Assembly (NCBI GenBank): GCA_018694115.1
Contig: JABHNB010000005.1
Coordinates: 69,660-133,659 of the forward strand
DNA from: an archaeon
GTDB taxonomy: Archaea; Nanobdellota; Nanobdellia; Pacearchaeales; GW2011-AR1
Direction: 5' to 3'
Length of the DNA: 64,000 nt
Shown here: positions 1 to 9,230 of the stretch, in pieces
How the letters are laid out: every line of letters begins with the position of its first letter
Numbering within the stretch: position 1 is the stretch's first letter
Translations under genes and position numbers: made by a program
The notes under the pieces: generated by a model
Database searches by the model: none
The model's input: only the letters and a program-made list of their open reading frames with translations
Told to the model about the DNA's origin: nothing

Positions 1-113
1 AATAATTCAGAACGGTCCGTGAAAACGGGCCGTTTCAAAATTTTTCAAAACAAACAAACAATTTAATTGGGATTTATCTATAATTTTATAAACCTTCTAA
101 ATTTCCCTCTAAG

Positions 114-428
114 ATGGAAGAGGAAAAAAGCATTCTAATTAACATTCATAAGTCTTATAGGCCCGTAGTAGCAATTTGTGACAAAGAACTTTATGGGAAG
201 AAACTTATCGACGATCCAAAACAGCTAGATCTAACGGGGCCATTCTTCAAGGGAGAAGAAAAAACACAAAAAGAGGTCCAACAAGCAATAATCGATTATA
301 ATCAGGAAGATGCAACCTTCAATATAGTGGGAGAAAGGTCAATCGAAGTTGCAAAGAATCTTGGTTTAGTCAAAGATGAAGGGATTACTGACATTGACGG
401 GATTCCATTAGCACTTGTTCTCCTCTAA
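114..428 (+). CDS. DUF424 family protein
   Basis: VVAICDKEL.GK...FFKGE...NIVG pattern typical of archaeal DUF424. Confidence 0.8.
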   Translation: MEEEKSILINIHKSYRPVVAICDKELYGKKLIDDPKQLDLTGPFFKGEEKTQKEVQQAIIDYNQEDATFNIVGERSIEVAKNLGLVKDEGITDIDGIPLALVLL

Positions 429-477
429 CCTCTAATCATTTGGGTACTTTTATAAACTCATTTCCTTATCTTCAACT

Positions 478-834
478 ATGGCATTTAGCAAATTCAAAGA
501 CAAATCAAAGAAGAATAAAGGAAAAACCTTTGTTCCAGGATTTGAAGGTCCAGTAAGAGTAAAGCTTCCAAGAAGCGACGAAGTAATCGGGATTATTACA
601 CAAAGACTTGGTGGTTCGAGAATGTTTGTCTCTTGTATGGATGGAAAGACAAGGAATTGTAGGGTCCCAGGGAGTAAGAGGCGAGGTTTATGGCTCCGAG
701 AAGGAGACGCAATAATCGTCAAGCCATGGGAATTCGATGATGAAAAGGGAGATGTTCTATTCAAATACACACCAAATGAGGCGCTTAAGCTAAAGAAGAT
801 GGGTAAGCTAACAACTGGTGCAGAAGAATTCTAA
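478..834 (+). CDS. eif1a: Translation initiation factor aIF-1A
   Basis: LGGSRMFVSCMDGKTRNCRVPG, W.REGD.IIV.PWE. Confidence 0.95.
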   Translation: MAFSKFKDKSKKNKGKTFVPGFEGPVRVKLPRSDEVIGIITQRLGGSRMFVSCMDGKTRNCRVPGSKRRGLWLREGDAIIVKPWEFDDEKGDVLFKYTPNEALKLKKMGKLTTGAEEF

Positions 835-881
835 TTCTTCCCAAGAAATAATCTTATAAACATTCAAACATTATACATAAC

Positions 882-1418
882 ATGAGACAAATACCTGTAG
901 AAAACATGAGAAAGATAAAGAAGGCTGTGCCTGCAATAGAAAACAAAACCAAAATAAAAGTTTCTTTCGGAAAAGGCCAGGTAACAATAAGGGGTAATGA
1001 ATTAGACGAATATCTCACCGAAAAAGTAATTCATGCAGTTGACTTCGGATTTCATGTTGAAGATGCTCTACTTCTAAAAAACGAAGACTTTGTTCTGGAG
1101 TTTATTGGGGTTAAGGAACATACAAGAAGAAAGAACCTTAAGGAAGTTAGGGCAAGGCTTATTGGAACTGGCGGAAAAGCAAGAAAGACTATTGAAAGCC
1201 TCACTGGAGCAGTACTTGTAATTCATGACAATGAAGTTGGAGTAATCACCGATTCAAATCATCTTGACGCAGTAACTCAGGCAATCGAATCTCTTATCCA
1301 GGGAGCGAAGCACGGAAACGTTTTCGCATACCTTGAAAAACAGAACATCGCACGAAGAAGATTCGATGAAGAAGATTTAGGGCTTAAGGAAGACGTGATG
1401 GAAGAAGATGAAGAGTAG
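882..1418 (+). CDS. KH-domain rRNA-processing protein (Dim2/Pno1/Krr1-like)
   Basis: RLIGTGGKARKTIE and GAKHGNVFAYLEK motifs; usual position downstream of aIF-1A. Confidence 0.9.
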   Translation: MRQIPVENMRKIKKAVPAIENKTKIKVSFGKGQVTIRGNELDEYLTEKVIHAVDFGFHVEDALLLKNEDFVLEFIGVKEHTRRKNLKEVRARLIGTGGKARKTIESLTGAVLVIHDNEVGVITDSNHLDAVTQAIESLIQGAKHGNVFAYLEKQNIARRRFDEEDLGLKEDVMEEDEE

Positions 1419-1457
1419 TGATAAGCTTTAAATATCCAATTTCTGATAACTAATCAT

Positions 1458-1530
1458 GCTTCGGTAGCTCAGCAGGTAGAGCGCACGGCTGTTAACCGTG
1501 TTGTCGGAGGTTCGAGTCCTCCCCGAAGCG
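1458..1530 (+). tRNA. tRNA-Asn(GTT)
   Basis: Cloverleaf with acceptor GCTTCGG/CCGAAGC, anticodon arm CACGG-CTGTTAA-CCGTG, T-loop TTCGAGT; TATA (TTTAAATA) about 25 nt upstream. Confidence 0.97.
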
Positions 1531-1556
1531 TTCTAACTCGAACCGCAGACAAGTCA

Positions 1557-1570
1557 CCTCCCCGAAGCGT
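1557..1570 (+). repeat. 14-bp duplicate of the tRNA-Asn 3' end
   Basis: CCTCCCCGAAGCGT identical to 1518-1531. Confidence 0.85.
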
Positions 1571-1628
1571 ATCTCCCAGCCACTTCTCTCGACTAAACAT
1601 TTTTATACCTTTATCACCTAACTAAATT

Positions 1629-2195
1629 ATGCAACTGATGAATGCTATAAAAAAGAGGAAAAGCGTAAAGAGGTTTTCGAATAAAAAGCCAAACTGGAGA
1701 AAGGTTATTCGGGCGATTGATGCAGCAAGGTTTTCACCTGCCGCAGGAAATCAATTTGCAATGAAGTTTATCATGATTTCTGATAAAGAAACAATTCAGA
1801 AATTAGCAGAAGCTTCCCAACAAGAATTCGTAAGGGATGCACACTTTGTTGTGGTGGCCGTTTCAGATGATTCTAAACTTGAGAGAAGCTATGCCGAAAG
1901 AGCATCAAGATACTCTAGGCAACAAGCAGGAGCAGCAATTCAAAATTTTCTACTTGCAGCTGAAGAACAAGGACTTGCAACCATCTGGGTTGGGCATTTT
2001 GTTGAAGATCAAATAAAAACTATTCTAGGGATCCCAGAAAAAATGGTTGTTGAGGCATTCTTCCCAATCGGGCATGAAACAGCAATAAAAGGATCCGAAG
2101 CCAGAAAACCAGAGTTAGAGAATATTCTCTACTTCGGGAAGTGGGGCAATAAAAAGATGGAACCCGAGACCCGGATCACATCAAGGAACGCTTAA
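1629..2195 (+). CDS. Nitroreductase family protein
   Basis: AIKKRKSVKRF, SPAAGNQ, GAAIQNFLLAA...GLAT.WVG. Confidence 0.9.
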   Translation: MQLMNAIKKRKSVKRFSNKKPNWRKVIRAIDAARFSPAAGNQFAMKFIMISDKETIQKLAEASQQEFVRDAHFVVVAVSDDSKLERSYAERASRYSRQQAGAAIQNFLLAAEEQGLATIWVGHFVEDQIKTILGIPEKMVVEAFFPIGHETAIKGSEARKPELENILYFGKWGNKKMEPETRITSRNA

Positions 2196-2244
2196 TAATT
2201 CTAAGAAAAAAAAATAAATAAAAAAATAAAAATAATTTGTTGGT

Positions 2245-3321
2245 TTAGCTTAAATCGTCTAAGCCGAGTTCGTTAACACTAATTGTCTCTTCTTCTTCGA
2301 AGGAACTATTTTTTCCTAGGATGTATGGAGACTTAACTCCAGTCATAATAGTAATGACTCTTACACGACCTTGGAATTCTTTGTTAACCCTTGCTCCGAT
2401 AATAACTTGCGCCTCTGGAGAAATATTCTCCGTAACGAGTCGCCCGATAGTATCGAATTCTTCAAGTTTCAAGTCAGGACCGCATGTGATGTGCACAAGT
2501 GCACCTGTCGCTCCACGGTAATCTACATCCAATAATGGATGTGTAAGGGCTTGCTGAACTGCAGCATCAACTCTCGCGTTGGAGTTGTCCTCACCAATAC
2601 CGATAACTGCGACATCACCGTTCTTCATAATAGAAGAAACGTCTGCATAATCTAAGTTAATCAGCGAAGGCAATGTAATTGTCTCGACGATACCCTTAAT
2701 CATTGTAGAAACAAGTTCATTCGCAACAGCAAATGCTTGTTCCATTGGCAGCTGTCCTGCAATATCAACTAGTCGATTGTTATCTAAAACGATAACCGTA
2801 TCAACAGTCTCTCTAAGTTCTTGAAGACCGAACTCTGCTTTATCGATTCTTGCTTTTTCGGCTTCGAAAGGCATTGTAACAACCGCGATAACTACCGCGC
2901 CCGCTTCCTTAGCTAACTGAGCAACTACTGGTGCAGATCCGGTTCCGGATCCTCCACCCATACCAGCCAGAACGAAAACCATATCTGAATTAGAAACAGC
3001 TTTCTTCAGGTCAGTAAGAGATTCTTTAGCAGCTTCTCGCCCTCTCTTAGGATATCCTCCACAACCTAGACCTCGAGTCAGTTCCTTTCCGATAAGGACT
3101 TTCTCATCAGCCTTTGTAATAGATAAATGAAGTGCATCAGTGTTTAATCCGTAGATTGTAGCACCGTTGATACCCTTGTTGAAGAGCCAAGTAGCCATGT
3201 TACATCCGCATCCACCACATCCAAATACCTTAATGTTAGCCTTACCGGCTTTAAGTTCACTAAAGTTGATGCTGTTTGCTTCAACATTTTCGATCGCCTC
3301 TTTTGCAAAATCTAATGGCAT
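2245..3321 (-). CDS. ftsZ: Cell division protein FtsZ
   Basis: GCGGCGCN, NTD, GMGGGSGTG, NLDYADV; start moved to ATG 3321, which follows a GGAGG SD. Confidence 0.95.
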   Translation of the reverse strand: MPLDFAKEAIENVEANSINFSELKAGKANIKVFGCGGCGCNMATWLFNKGINGATIYGLNTDALHLSITKADEKVLIGKELTRGLGCGGYPKRGREAAKESLTDLKKAVSNSDMVFVLAGMGGGSGTGSAPVVAQLAKEAGAVVIAVVTMPFEAEKARIDKAEFGLQELRETVDTVIVLDNNRLVDIAGQLPMEQAFAVANELVSTMIKGIVETITLPSLINLDYADVSSIMKNGDVAVIGIGEDNSNARVDAAVQQALTHPLLDVDYRGATGALVHITCGPDLKLEEFDTIGRLVTENISPEAQVIIGARVNKEFQGRVRVITIMTGVKSPYILGKNSSFEEEETISVNELGLDDLS

Positions 3322-3423
3322 ATTTTTTAACCTCCTTTCAATATAAAGTAGTATTCGTTTAGGGCAACTGTCGTTTAAAAGGATATATGTGCTCAAAAGT
3401 ATATTCTATAGGTTATGATTGAT

Positions 3424-4620
3424 TCAACATTCTGCCATCTGATTAGATGCATGTCTAAGGTCTCTTAAGAGCCAAGGTACTCCTATGGTTCTCCACTCAA
3501 TTCTCTTGTCTCCAATCCCATAATAAAGAAAAAGCGTGTTCGGATCTCCGCCAAGATCATATTCTCCAAAAGAATCATTCTTATTTCCATTGTGTTCCCC
3601 GCCACGGGCCATAGCAGTTAAGAATTCAACCCTCTTCACAGTCCGCAATCTTTCCCCCTTCAATCCAGTAATGTATTCCTTAAGGTGTACTGCTTCATTC
3701 TTACCATCCCCCACCCTAACCGGGCTACCCGTTTTTGCAATAACTTCTCCAGTATTGGGGTTAAGCTCAATAATTCCTCCGTCATAATTATAATAATTAA
3801 GTGTGGGGCCCTCAGAACCTTTAACCTGATGATATGTGGAAGCCCAATGCCCATCTATCCAGATTGGGGCATCACCAAGACCGTATTTCATAATTCCTTC
3901 TGGAGCTCGCATAATTGCTTGACTTTCCAAGTTTCTAAAATTATCCACCCAAAATTCCTTAGATGCAAAATCTTCTAAACTATTAGCAACTGTAAGATGA
4001 ATGTCTGGCTCAATTCTATGGATCAATCCGGGTTTCCCCCCAATTTCTACTAATGCTGCATCTTTATCTGCAATCCACGGATTCGCATCGGGGAACGTTT
4101 TCCTTATATCTCCCAAAATTTTCCTATAATGGTCACCATATCTTCCTTCTCCAAAGATTTCCACTGCTTCTTCAAGCCTAATTTGTGGTCCAATAATGCC
4201 ACATTTCTCAATATTCTCAAAATCGCGGGTCTTTGCAAGCGCGATTCGAGCCCCACCATTTGGCCCTTCAACAAATCCCACATATACAATATGATATTCA
4301 TCTCCAATCTTAGTTATTCGAGCATCCTCGCACCCGTCAACTTCAAAATCTAATTCTGGAACAAGAATTGTTCTAGGGTTCCCATCAAGTTCTGTAGCAC
4401 TCAACATCTGCTGATACTTAATAACTGATTTCTCCCCATATTTGTTATCTGCCTTAACTCTCGCCCGATAAATCATATGGTTTCCACATCTACTCGGGTT
4501 ACATACGGCAATTTCTCCAAGCGCTAAGTCAGGTTCTAATAGAATTCCAGTTTGGTCGATGTGCTTGCCCCGCCTATTTGGAGCCGATTCATCCACTCTT
4601 TCAGAAACATAAGTTTCCAT
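3424..4620 (-). CDS. GH130-like glycosidase/glycoside phosphorylase (beta-propeller)
   Basis: NPS...YRA, GCEDARIT, DKDAAL, HRI, YH.V, LYYG..D. Confidence 0.75.
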   Translation of the reverse strand: METYVSERVDESAPNRRGKHIDQTGILLEPDLALGEIAVCNPSRCGNHMIYRARVKADNKYGEKSVIKYQQMLSATELDGNPRTILVPELDFEVDGCEDARITKIGDEYHIVYVGFVEGPNGGARIALAKTRDFENIEKCGIIGPQIRLEEAVEIFGEGRYGDHYRKILGDIRKTFPDANPWIADKDAALVEIGGKPGLIHRIEPDIHLTVANSLEDFASKEFWVDNFRNLESQAIMRAPEGIMKYGLGDAPIWIDGHWASTYHQVKGSEGPTLNYYNYDGGIIELNPNTGEVIAKTGSPVRVGDGKNEAVHLKEYITGLKGERLRTVKRVEFLTAMARGGEHNGNKNDSFGEYDLGGDPNTLFLYYGIGDKRIEWRTIGVPWLLRDLRHASNQMAEC

Positions 4621-4726
4621 ATAATGGTTATATACAGTCTACTATATAAAGCTTTCTATTGTCATTCCTTAAAAGTAGTTACTCTTCCAGGGCACCACTC
4701 TAGAACTCTCAAAAAACTCCAATCAC

Positions 4727-6061
4727 TCAAAAACTCTCAGCTATCTTAAACATAAATTCCTCACTAAAATGAGGTGCTAAAACTTGCAGCCCAACAGGCC
4801 GCCCAGCTTCAACTTCGCCTGCTGGAACAGAAATCGCAGGAATCCCAACGATATTCGCTAAAACTGTCAAAACATCATAACCATACATATCCTTAATCGA
4901 GATTTTCTCACCCACCTTATGCGCAGTCCGAGGCACTGTAGGTAAAATGATTGCATCAACTCCCGCGAATAGCTTTTCAAACTTCTCTCGAATAAAGTTT
5001 CGTGCCTTCAATGCTTCTCTATAGTATTTTCCTTCATGCTCTGCCTTAGTAATTTCACTCCCCCCAACAATTCGACGAATAACTTCTGGCCCGCCAGCCT
5101 CATCAATCTTAAGTCCAAATCGACGACCATCAAACTTTCGTGTAGCCGAAAAGAATTCAGTATAAACCAGGATATAATATGTCTCAAGCGCAATATCTAA
5201 CGGTAAATCAATCTTCTTAATCTTCCAACCTTTCTTATCTGCAATCTCCTTAGTCCGAGTCTCAATCAAATCAGCAATTTCCTTACCACAATAATCACTA
5301 ACATCAACAAGTCCGATCACACCAGTCTTACCGCCCTTTTCTTTCCCCCCCTCCCGAGTTGTCTGATCAAAATTATCCTGCCCCCTAATCACATTAAAAA
5401 CTATCCGAGCATCCTCTGCAGTTCTAGCAAGCGGACCAATTACATCAAAACTCATTGTCATATCAATCAAACCATAACGAGAAACCGCACCATATGTTGG
5501 CTTCATCCCAACAATCCCACAATGCGACGCAGGATTTCGAATGCTCCCCCCAGTATCAGATCCTAAGGAAAAGTCACAAAGATCTGCAGCAACAGAAGCT
5601 GCTGAGCCAGAAGACGAACCCCCAGGAATCAATGAAGGGTCAACCGGATTCTTAGTAGGTCCAAAAGCAGAAGTTTCTCCAGAAGCCCCACAAGCAAACT
5701 CATCCATATTAACTGCTCCTAAAAAGATTGCATCTTCCGCGATTAACTTATTTATCACACTAGCATTATATGGCGAGACAAAGTTCTCGAGAACTTTAGA
5801 TCCACAATTTGCAACAATCCCCTTAACACAAATATTAGATTTAGCAGCAAAGCATAATCCCGCAAGTTTTCCAACACTCCCTCCAGAAGCAATTCGTTTA
5901 TCGATCTCCTTAGCCTGTGCAATAGCCTCTTCATTCAAATGAAGAAAGATGTTTAGGTCCTTAACCTTCGGAGTAGAGATCTTCTTAGAAAAGTTCATCA
6001 CATTTTCAACTGCCTTTAATTTCCCTAACTTCACTAGTTTAACCTTCTGCTTCAAGCTCAT
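4727..6061 (-). CDS. gatA: Asp/Glu-tRNA amidotransferase subunit A
   Basis: Amidase signature NMDEFACG, PGGSSSGSAA, GSDTGGSIRNPA; clustered with gatC and aspS. Confidence 0.95.
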   Translation of the reverse strand: MSLKQKVKLVKLGKLKAVENVMNFSKKISTPKVKDLNIFLHLNEEAIAQAKEIDKRIASGGSVGKLAGLCFAAKSNICVKGIVANCGSKVLENFVSPYNASVINKLIAEDAIFLGAVNMDEFACGASGETSAFGPTKNPVDPSLIPGGSSSGSAASVAADLCDFSLGSDTGGSIRNPASHCGIVGMKPTYGAVSRYGLIDMTMSFDVIGPLARTAEDARIVFNVIRGQDNFDQTTREGGKEKGGKTGVIGLVDVSDYCGKEIADLIETRTKEIADKKGWKIKKIDLPLDIALETYYILVYTEFFSATRKFDGRRFGLKIDEAGGPEVIRRIVGGSEITKAEHEGKYYREALKARNFIREKFEKLFAGVDAIILPTVPRTAHKVGEKISIKDMYGYDVLTVLANIVGIPAISVPAGEVEAGRPVGLQVLAPHFSEEFMFKIAESF

Positions 6062-6441
6062 TTTTTCTTGACCCGTTTTTTAATTTTCTTTAGTTTCTTC
6101 TCTTTTGGCATTTTCGTTATCTTTCCTAACTCTTCATTAATCTTCTCTCGAACCTTATCTGTGCTATGAATCATCACAAATATCTTGTCCTTTCCATAAA
6201 AAACATCTAATCTACTCTTTCCAGGATAAGCATTATGCACATCGATAAGTTTTTTGACAAATATTTTTTTACTATTATAATTGTCATCACAATCATCATA
6301 AAATAATTCCCAACCAGCTTCCAACGCTTTACCAAATAATCCTGCAAGAGTCTCAAAAGCTTCCTGCGTCTTTTCAAATGTATAATAACTAAACTTATCT
6401 CGATTCCCAATACTATGCATCATAATCTTTTTCTTCTTCAT
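6058..6441 (-). CDS. Hypothetical protein inside the gatC-gatA operon
   Basis: ATGA overlaps with both neighbours; no recognised motif. Confidence 0.7.
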   Translation of the reverse strand: MKKKKIMMHSIGNRDKFSYYTFEKTQEAFETLAGLFGKALEAGWELFYDDCDDNYNSKKIFVKKLIDVHNAYPGKSRLDVFYGKDKIFVMIHSTDKVREKINEELGKITKMPKEKKLKKIKKRVKKK

Positions 6442-6704
6442 GCTTTCCACGCTCCTTTCTCTGCCACAATTGAATCGCCCTCGACAAATGGTGCATTTGC
6501 AAACATAATATTCATAAAATCTTCATCGCTGTTCCATCCGTCTCCTTCTTCCCGAAGCCCGCTTCCATTCTCGAAGTGCCCTTCAGGAGCCTTAATTTTA
6601 TCAAGTTTCCCAGCAAACTCATTTAACAATTTCTTAGAATCCTTACGGATTTGCTCTCGTTCATTCTCCGAAACTTCATGCCATGTAAATGTATTATCAG
6701 TCAT
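6438..6704 (-). CDS. gatC: Amidotransferase subunit C (divergent)
   Basis: 88 aa with LREEGD and NAP..EGD motifs, between aspS and gatA. Confidence 0.75.
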   Translation of the reverse strand: MTDNTFTWHEVSENEREQIRKDSKKLLNEFAGKLDKIKAPEGHFENGSGLREEGDGWNSDEDFMNIMFANAPFVEGDSIVAEKGAWKA

Positions 6705-6738
6705 AACAACTCCTAGAAGAAGGATTTTATAAAGTTAA

Positions 6739-8010
6739 TTAAGGAGTCAATCTTTCTCGGTCCCTTGGAAACAAAACAGCTTCCCGAATATTGTCTAGTC
6801 CGAGCATTAGCATTGTAATTCTTTCTAGTCCAACTCCCCATCCGGCATGTGGCGGAGCTCCGAACCTAAATGAATCAATATAACTTTTGAAATCTTTTGG
6901 GTTTAGCTTATGTGCTTTTAATCTTTCTTCCAATAATTCTGGAATATGGATTCGCTGGCCGCCGGAAGAGATCTCCATCCCTTTCCATATTGCGTCAAAG
7001 CCCTTCGAATTTTCTCCATCAGGCATAATATAGAATGTTTTTCCAGCCAATGGCCATTCAGTTACAAATGTGATTGTGTTGGGGTATAATTCTTCAAGTT
7101 TCTTCTCAGCGTCTCCAGATAAGTCATGTGCTGGCATCTTAACCTTCTCCTTTTTCATTATTTCCTTTACTTCCGCGAACGTTATGTATTTCACTTTTGG
7201 TACTTCTAGTTTCGCCTTTAATGATTCTAATTCTTCAGGTCTTTCATCAATTACTTTTTTTACAATGAACTGCATGCACCTGCCCATTACCTCCATTACC
7301 TTCTTATCGTCAGCGAATGCCTCTTCATAGTCTAATTGTCTCGCCTCGTTCAAGTGCCTTGTAGTGTTATGTTTTTCTGCTCGCCATACAGTAAATATTG
7401 CAAAAACCTTCTCCATAGAACACGCTAACATTTGTTTGTATAGTTGACAGCTCTGAGAAAGATATGCTTCCTTTTCAAAATATTTTGTCTTGAATAAATC
7501 TGTTCCACCTTCGGAGCTTGATCCAATTAATGCTGGGAACATTGCTTCGATTGCGTTTTCCTTAATCATAAAATCTCTATATCCTTGAAGGATAGTAGAT
7601 TGGATTTTGAAAATTGCTTGTGTTCTTGTAGAATGTAAATCCAAGAACCTATTATCTAGTCTTAGGGGCAATTCAGTTTTGGAATAATCTGAAGCATCAA
7701 TTGGCAATGGATTTTTTGCCTCCGCAATCATTGTAATTGAGTCGGGTAATAGTTCTTTTCCGCCAGGGGCTTGAGAACTTTCCTGCAATTTCCCAATTAC
7801 TTCTACAGCAGACTCTCTGTTTAAGTTATCCAATAATTCAAATATTTTGGGATCTGTTTTTCCATTAACGCCCGTTACCTGTATTCTCCCAGAAATATCT
7901 TTTAAAACTAGAAATCTCACTTTCTTCAAATCTCTTGTATCATGGACCCATCCCTTTAGAAGAACTTTTCCTTCTTTTGCGAATGCCTCTTTGATCATTG
8001 TTCTTTCCAT
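6739..8010 (-). CDS. aspS: Aspartyl-tRNA synthetase, likely non-discriminating
   Basis: GWVH..RDL, RLDNRFLDL, SQSCQLYKQ, GAPPHAGWGVGLER; His and Pro at the ND-diagnostic positions (WVH, QAPGG). Confidence 0.95.
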   Translation of the reverse strand: MERTMIKEAFAKEGKVLLKGWVHDTRDLKKVRFLVLKDISGRIQVTGVNGKTDPKIFELLDNLNRESAVEVIGKLQESSQAPGGKELLPDSITMIAEAKNPLPIDASDYSKTELPLRLDNRFLDLHSTRTQAIFKIQSTILQGYRDFMIKENAIEAMFPALIGSSSEGGTDLFKTKYFEKEAYLSQSCQLYKQMLACSMEKVFAIFTVWRAEKHNTTRHLNEARQLDYEEAFADDKKVMEVMGRCMQFIVKKVIDERPEELESLKAKLEVPKVKYITFAEVKEIMKKEKVKMPAHDLSGDAEKKLEELYPNTITFVTEWPLAGKTFYIMPDGENSKGFDAIWKGMEISSGGQRIHIPELLEERLKAHKLNPKDFKSYIDSFRFGAPPHAGWGVGLERITMLMLGLDNIREAVLFPRDRERLTP

Positions 8011-8097
8011 GAAAATCTATGGTTTGAGGCATTTATAAAATTAGGGGTTGATTATCCCTTCCAAATAATTTAAAAACCCTTCAAAACAAGAAACAAC

Positions 8098-8361
8098 ATG
8101 GCAACAAAGATCGGAGTTGACGATATTCCTAGAGTACAGGTATGGGGAGAGACTGGACAGTACATTAATCTAAGAACCGGGCATCCAATGGATGTATCTC
8201 CAATAAATCGGAGAGGAGTTATAGAAGCAAACATAGATCTTGAAAGAATGACCGGATATCAAGTTGATCGATTAGCAAGAAAAAAGGCACCTTCAAATGC
8301 CAGAGCTTACCAAGTAATCGGAACCGGAACGGGAAGATTCGCATTCCAATTCTTAAAATAA
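8098..8361 (+). CDS. Hypothetical protein
   Basis: ORF with TATA about 25 nt upstream. Confidence 0.6.
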   Translation: MATKIGVDDIPRVQVWGETGQYINLRTGHPMDVSPINRRGVIEANIDLERMTGYQVDRLARKKAPSNARAYQVIGTGTGRFAFQFLK

Positions 8362-8406
8362 TTCTTTGACACAAACCTTTATTAATCGAAATTGTCCAAT
8401 CAACCT

Positions 8407-8673
8407 ATGGAAAGTCTAGATACAAAAGCACTAGAAGACAGCCTTAATACTGTTACTGGAAAAGGTCCAGCAGTTGAAGAGCAAGCTGCTCCACAGATGT
8501 CAACAGAAGAAGAAATTGGATTCCACAAAGGCGCAATTAACACTCTTGTTGCAGAAAGAAACGAGCTTGTTAAGATGGTTGCGAATGTTGAGGCAATTTT
8601 ACAAGCACATCTGAAGAGATTAAAGGAATTAGGTGTCGATATTGGTGCCGGTGCTACAGAACAGAAAGAATAA
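8407..8673 (+). CDS. Small coiled-coil hypothetical protein
   Basis: EEIGFHKGAINTLVAERNEL helix; TATA upstream. Confidence 0.7.
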   Translation: MESLDTKALEDSLNTVTGKGPAVEEQAAPQMSTEEEIGFHKGAINTLVAERNELVKMVANVEAILQAHLKRLKELGVDIGAGATEQKE

Positions 8674-8830
8674 TCTCTAAAATATTAGTAAATTCTATAA
8701 TTTGATAGCTTTGCGTTCAAATATCCAAAAAATCCCCACAATCCTGCCCAAATCCCAAAATTTGTCATAAATCTCCCCCTTCTTAAAAAAAATTATAAAT
8801 AAAAAAAATAAAATCTATTCGAGATTAAAA

Positions 8831-9142
8831 TTAATCTCTCTTGCTAGCGAAACATTCTCGGCAAAAAACCGGTTTTTCTCCGCTTGGCTTGAAAGGAACT
8901 TCACATTCCTTCTTACATTCTGCGCAAGTTGCTTTGTGCATTTCTCTAGGTCTATCGTTTCCGAATCGTCCTCTAGATCCGCCGCCCCTGTTGCCTCGGT
9001 CATTAAAACTCCGTTGGGGTTTGTTCTTCCTAAAGCAATCCTTACATCTAACTGGTTTACCTTCTGTAGGTTTGAACGGAACTTCACATTCCGCGCCACA
9101 ATCAGAACAAGTTGCCTTGTGCATTTCTCTATCGTCTTCCAT
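8831..9142 (-). CDS. Tandem CxxC-x17-CxxC zinc-ribbon protein
   Basis: Two REMHKATC..C...CEVPFKP...KPV.C..CF units with an RG-rich linker. Confidence 0.92.
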   Translation of the reverse strand: MEDDREMHKATCSDCGAECEVPFKPTEGKPVRCKDCFRKNKPQRSFNDRGNRGGGSRGRFGNDRPREMHKATCAECKKECEVPFKPSGEKPVFCRECFASKRD

Positions 9143-9230
9143 ATATTATATCCTCCGTCTAACTGACATAAAGCGAACTTTATGCTTTATTTTAAGACTA
9201 AATTTGCGGTTATAAGGTTATGGGTATACT

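Noticed and set aside
8815-9215. Alternative-frame ORFs over the CxxC protein
   Set aside because: Shadows of the clear zinc-ribbon gene at 8831-9142
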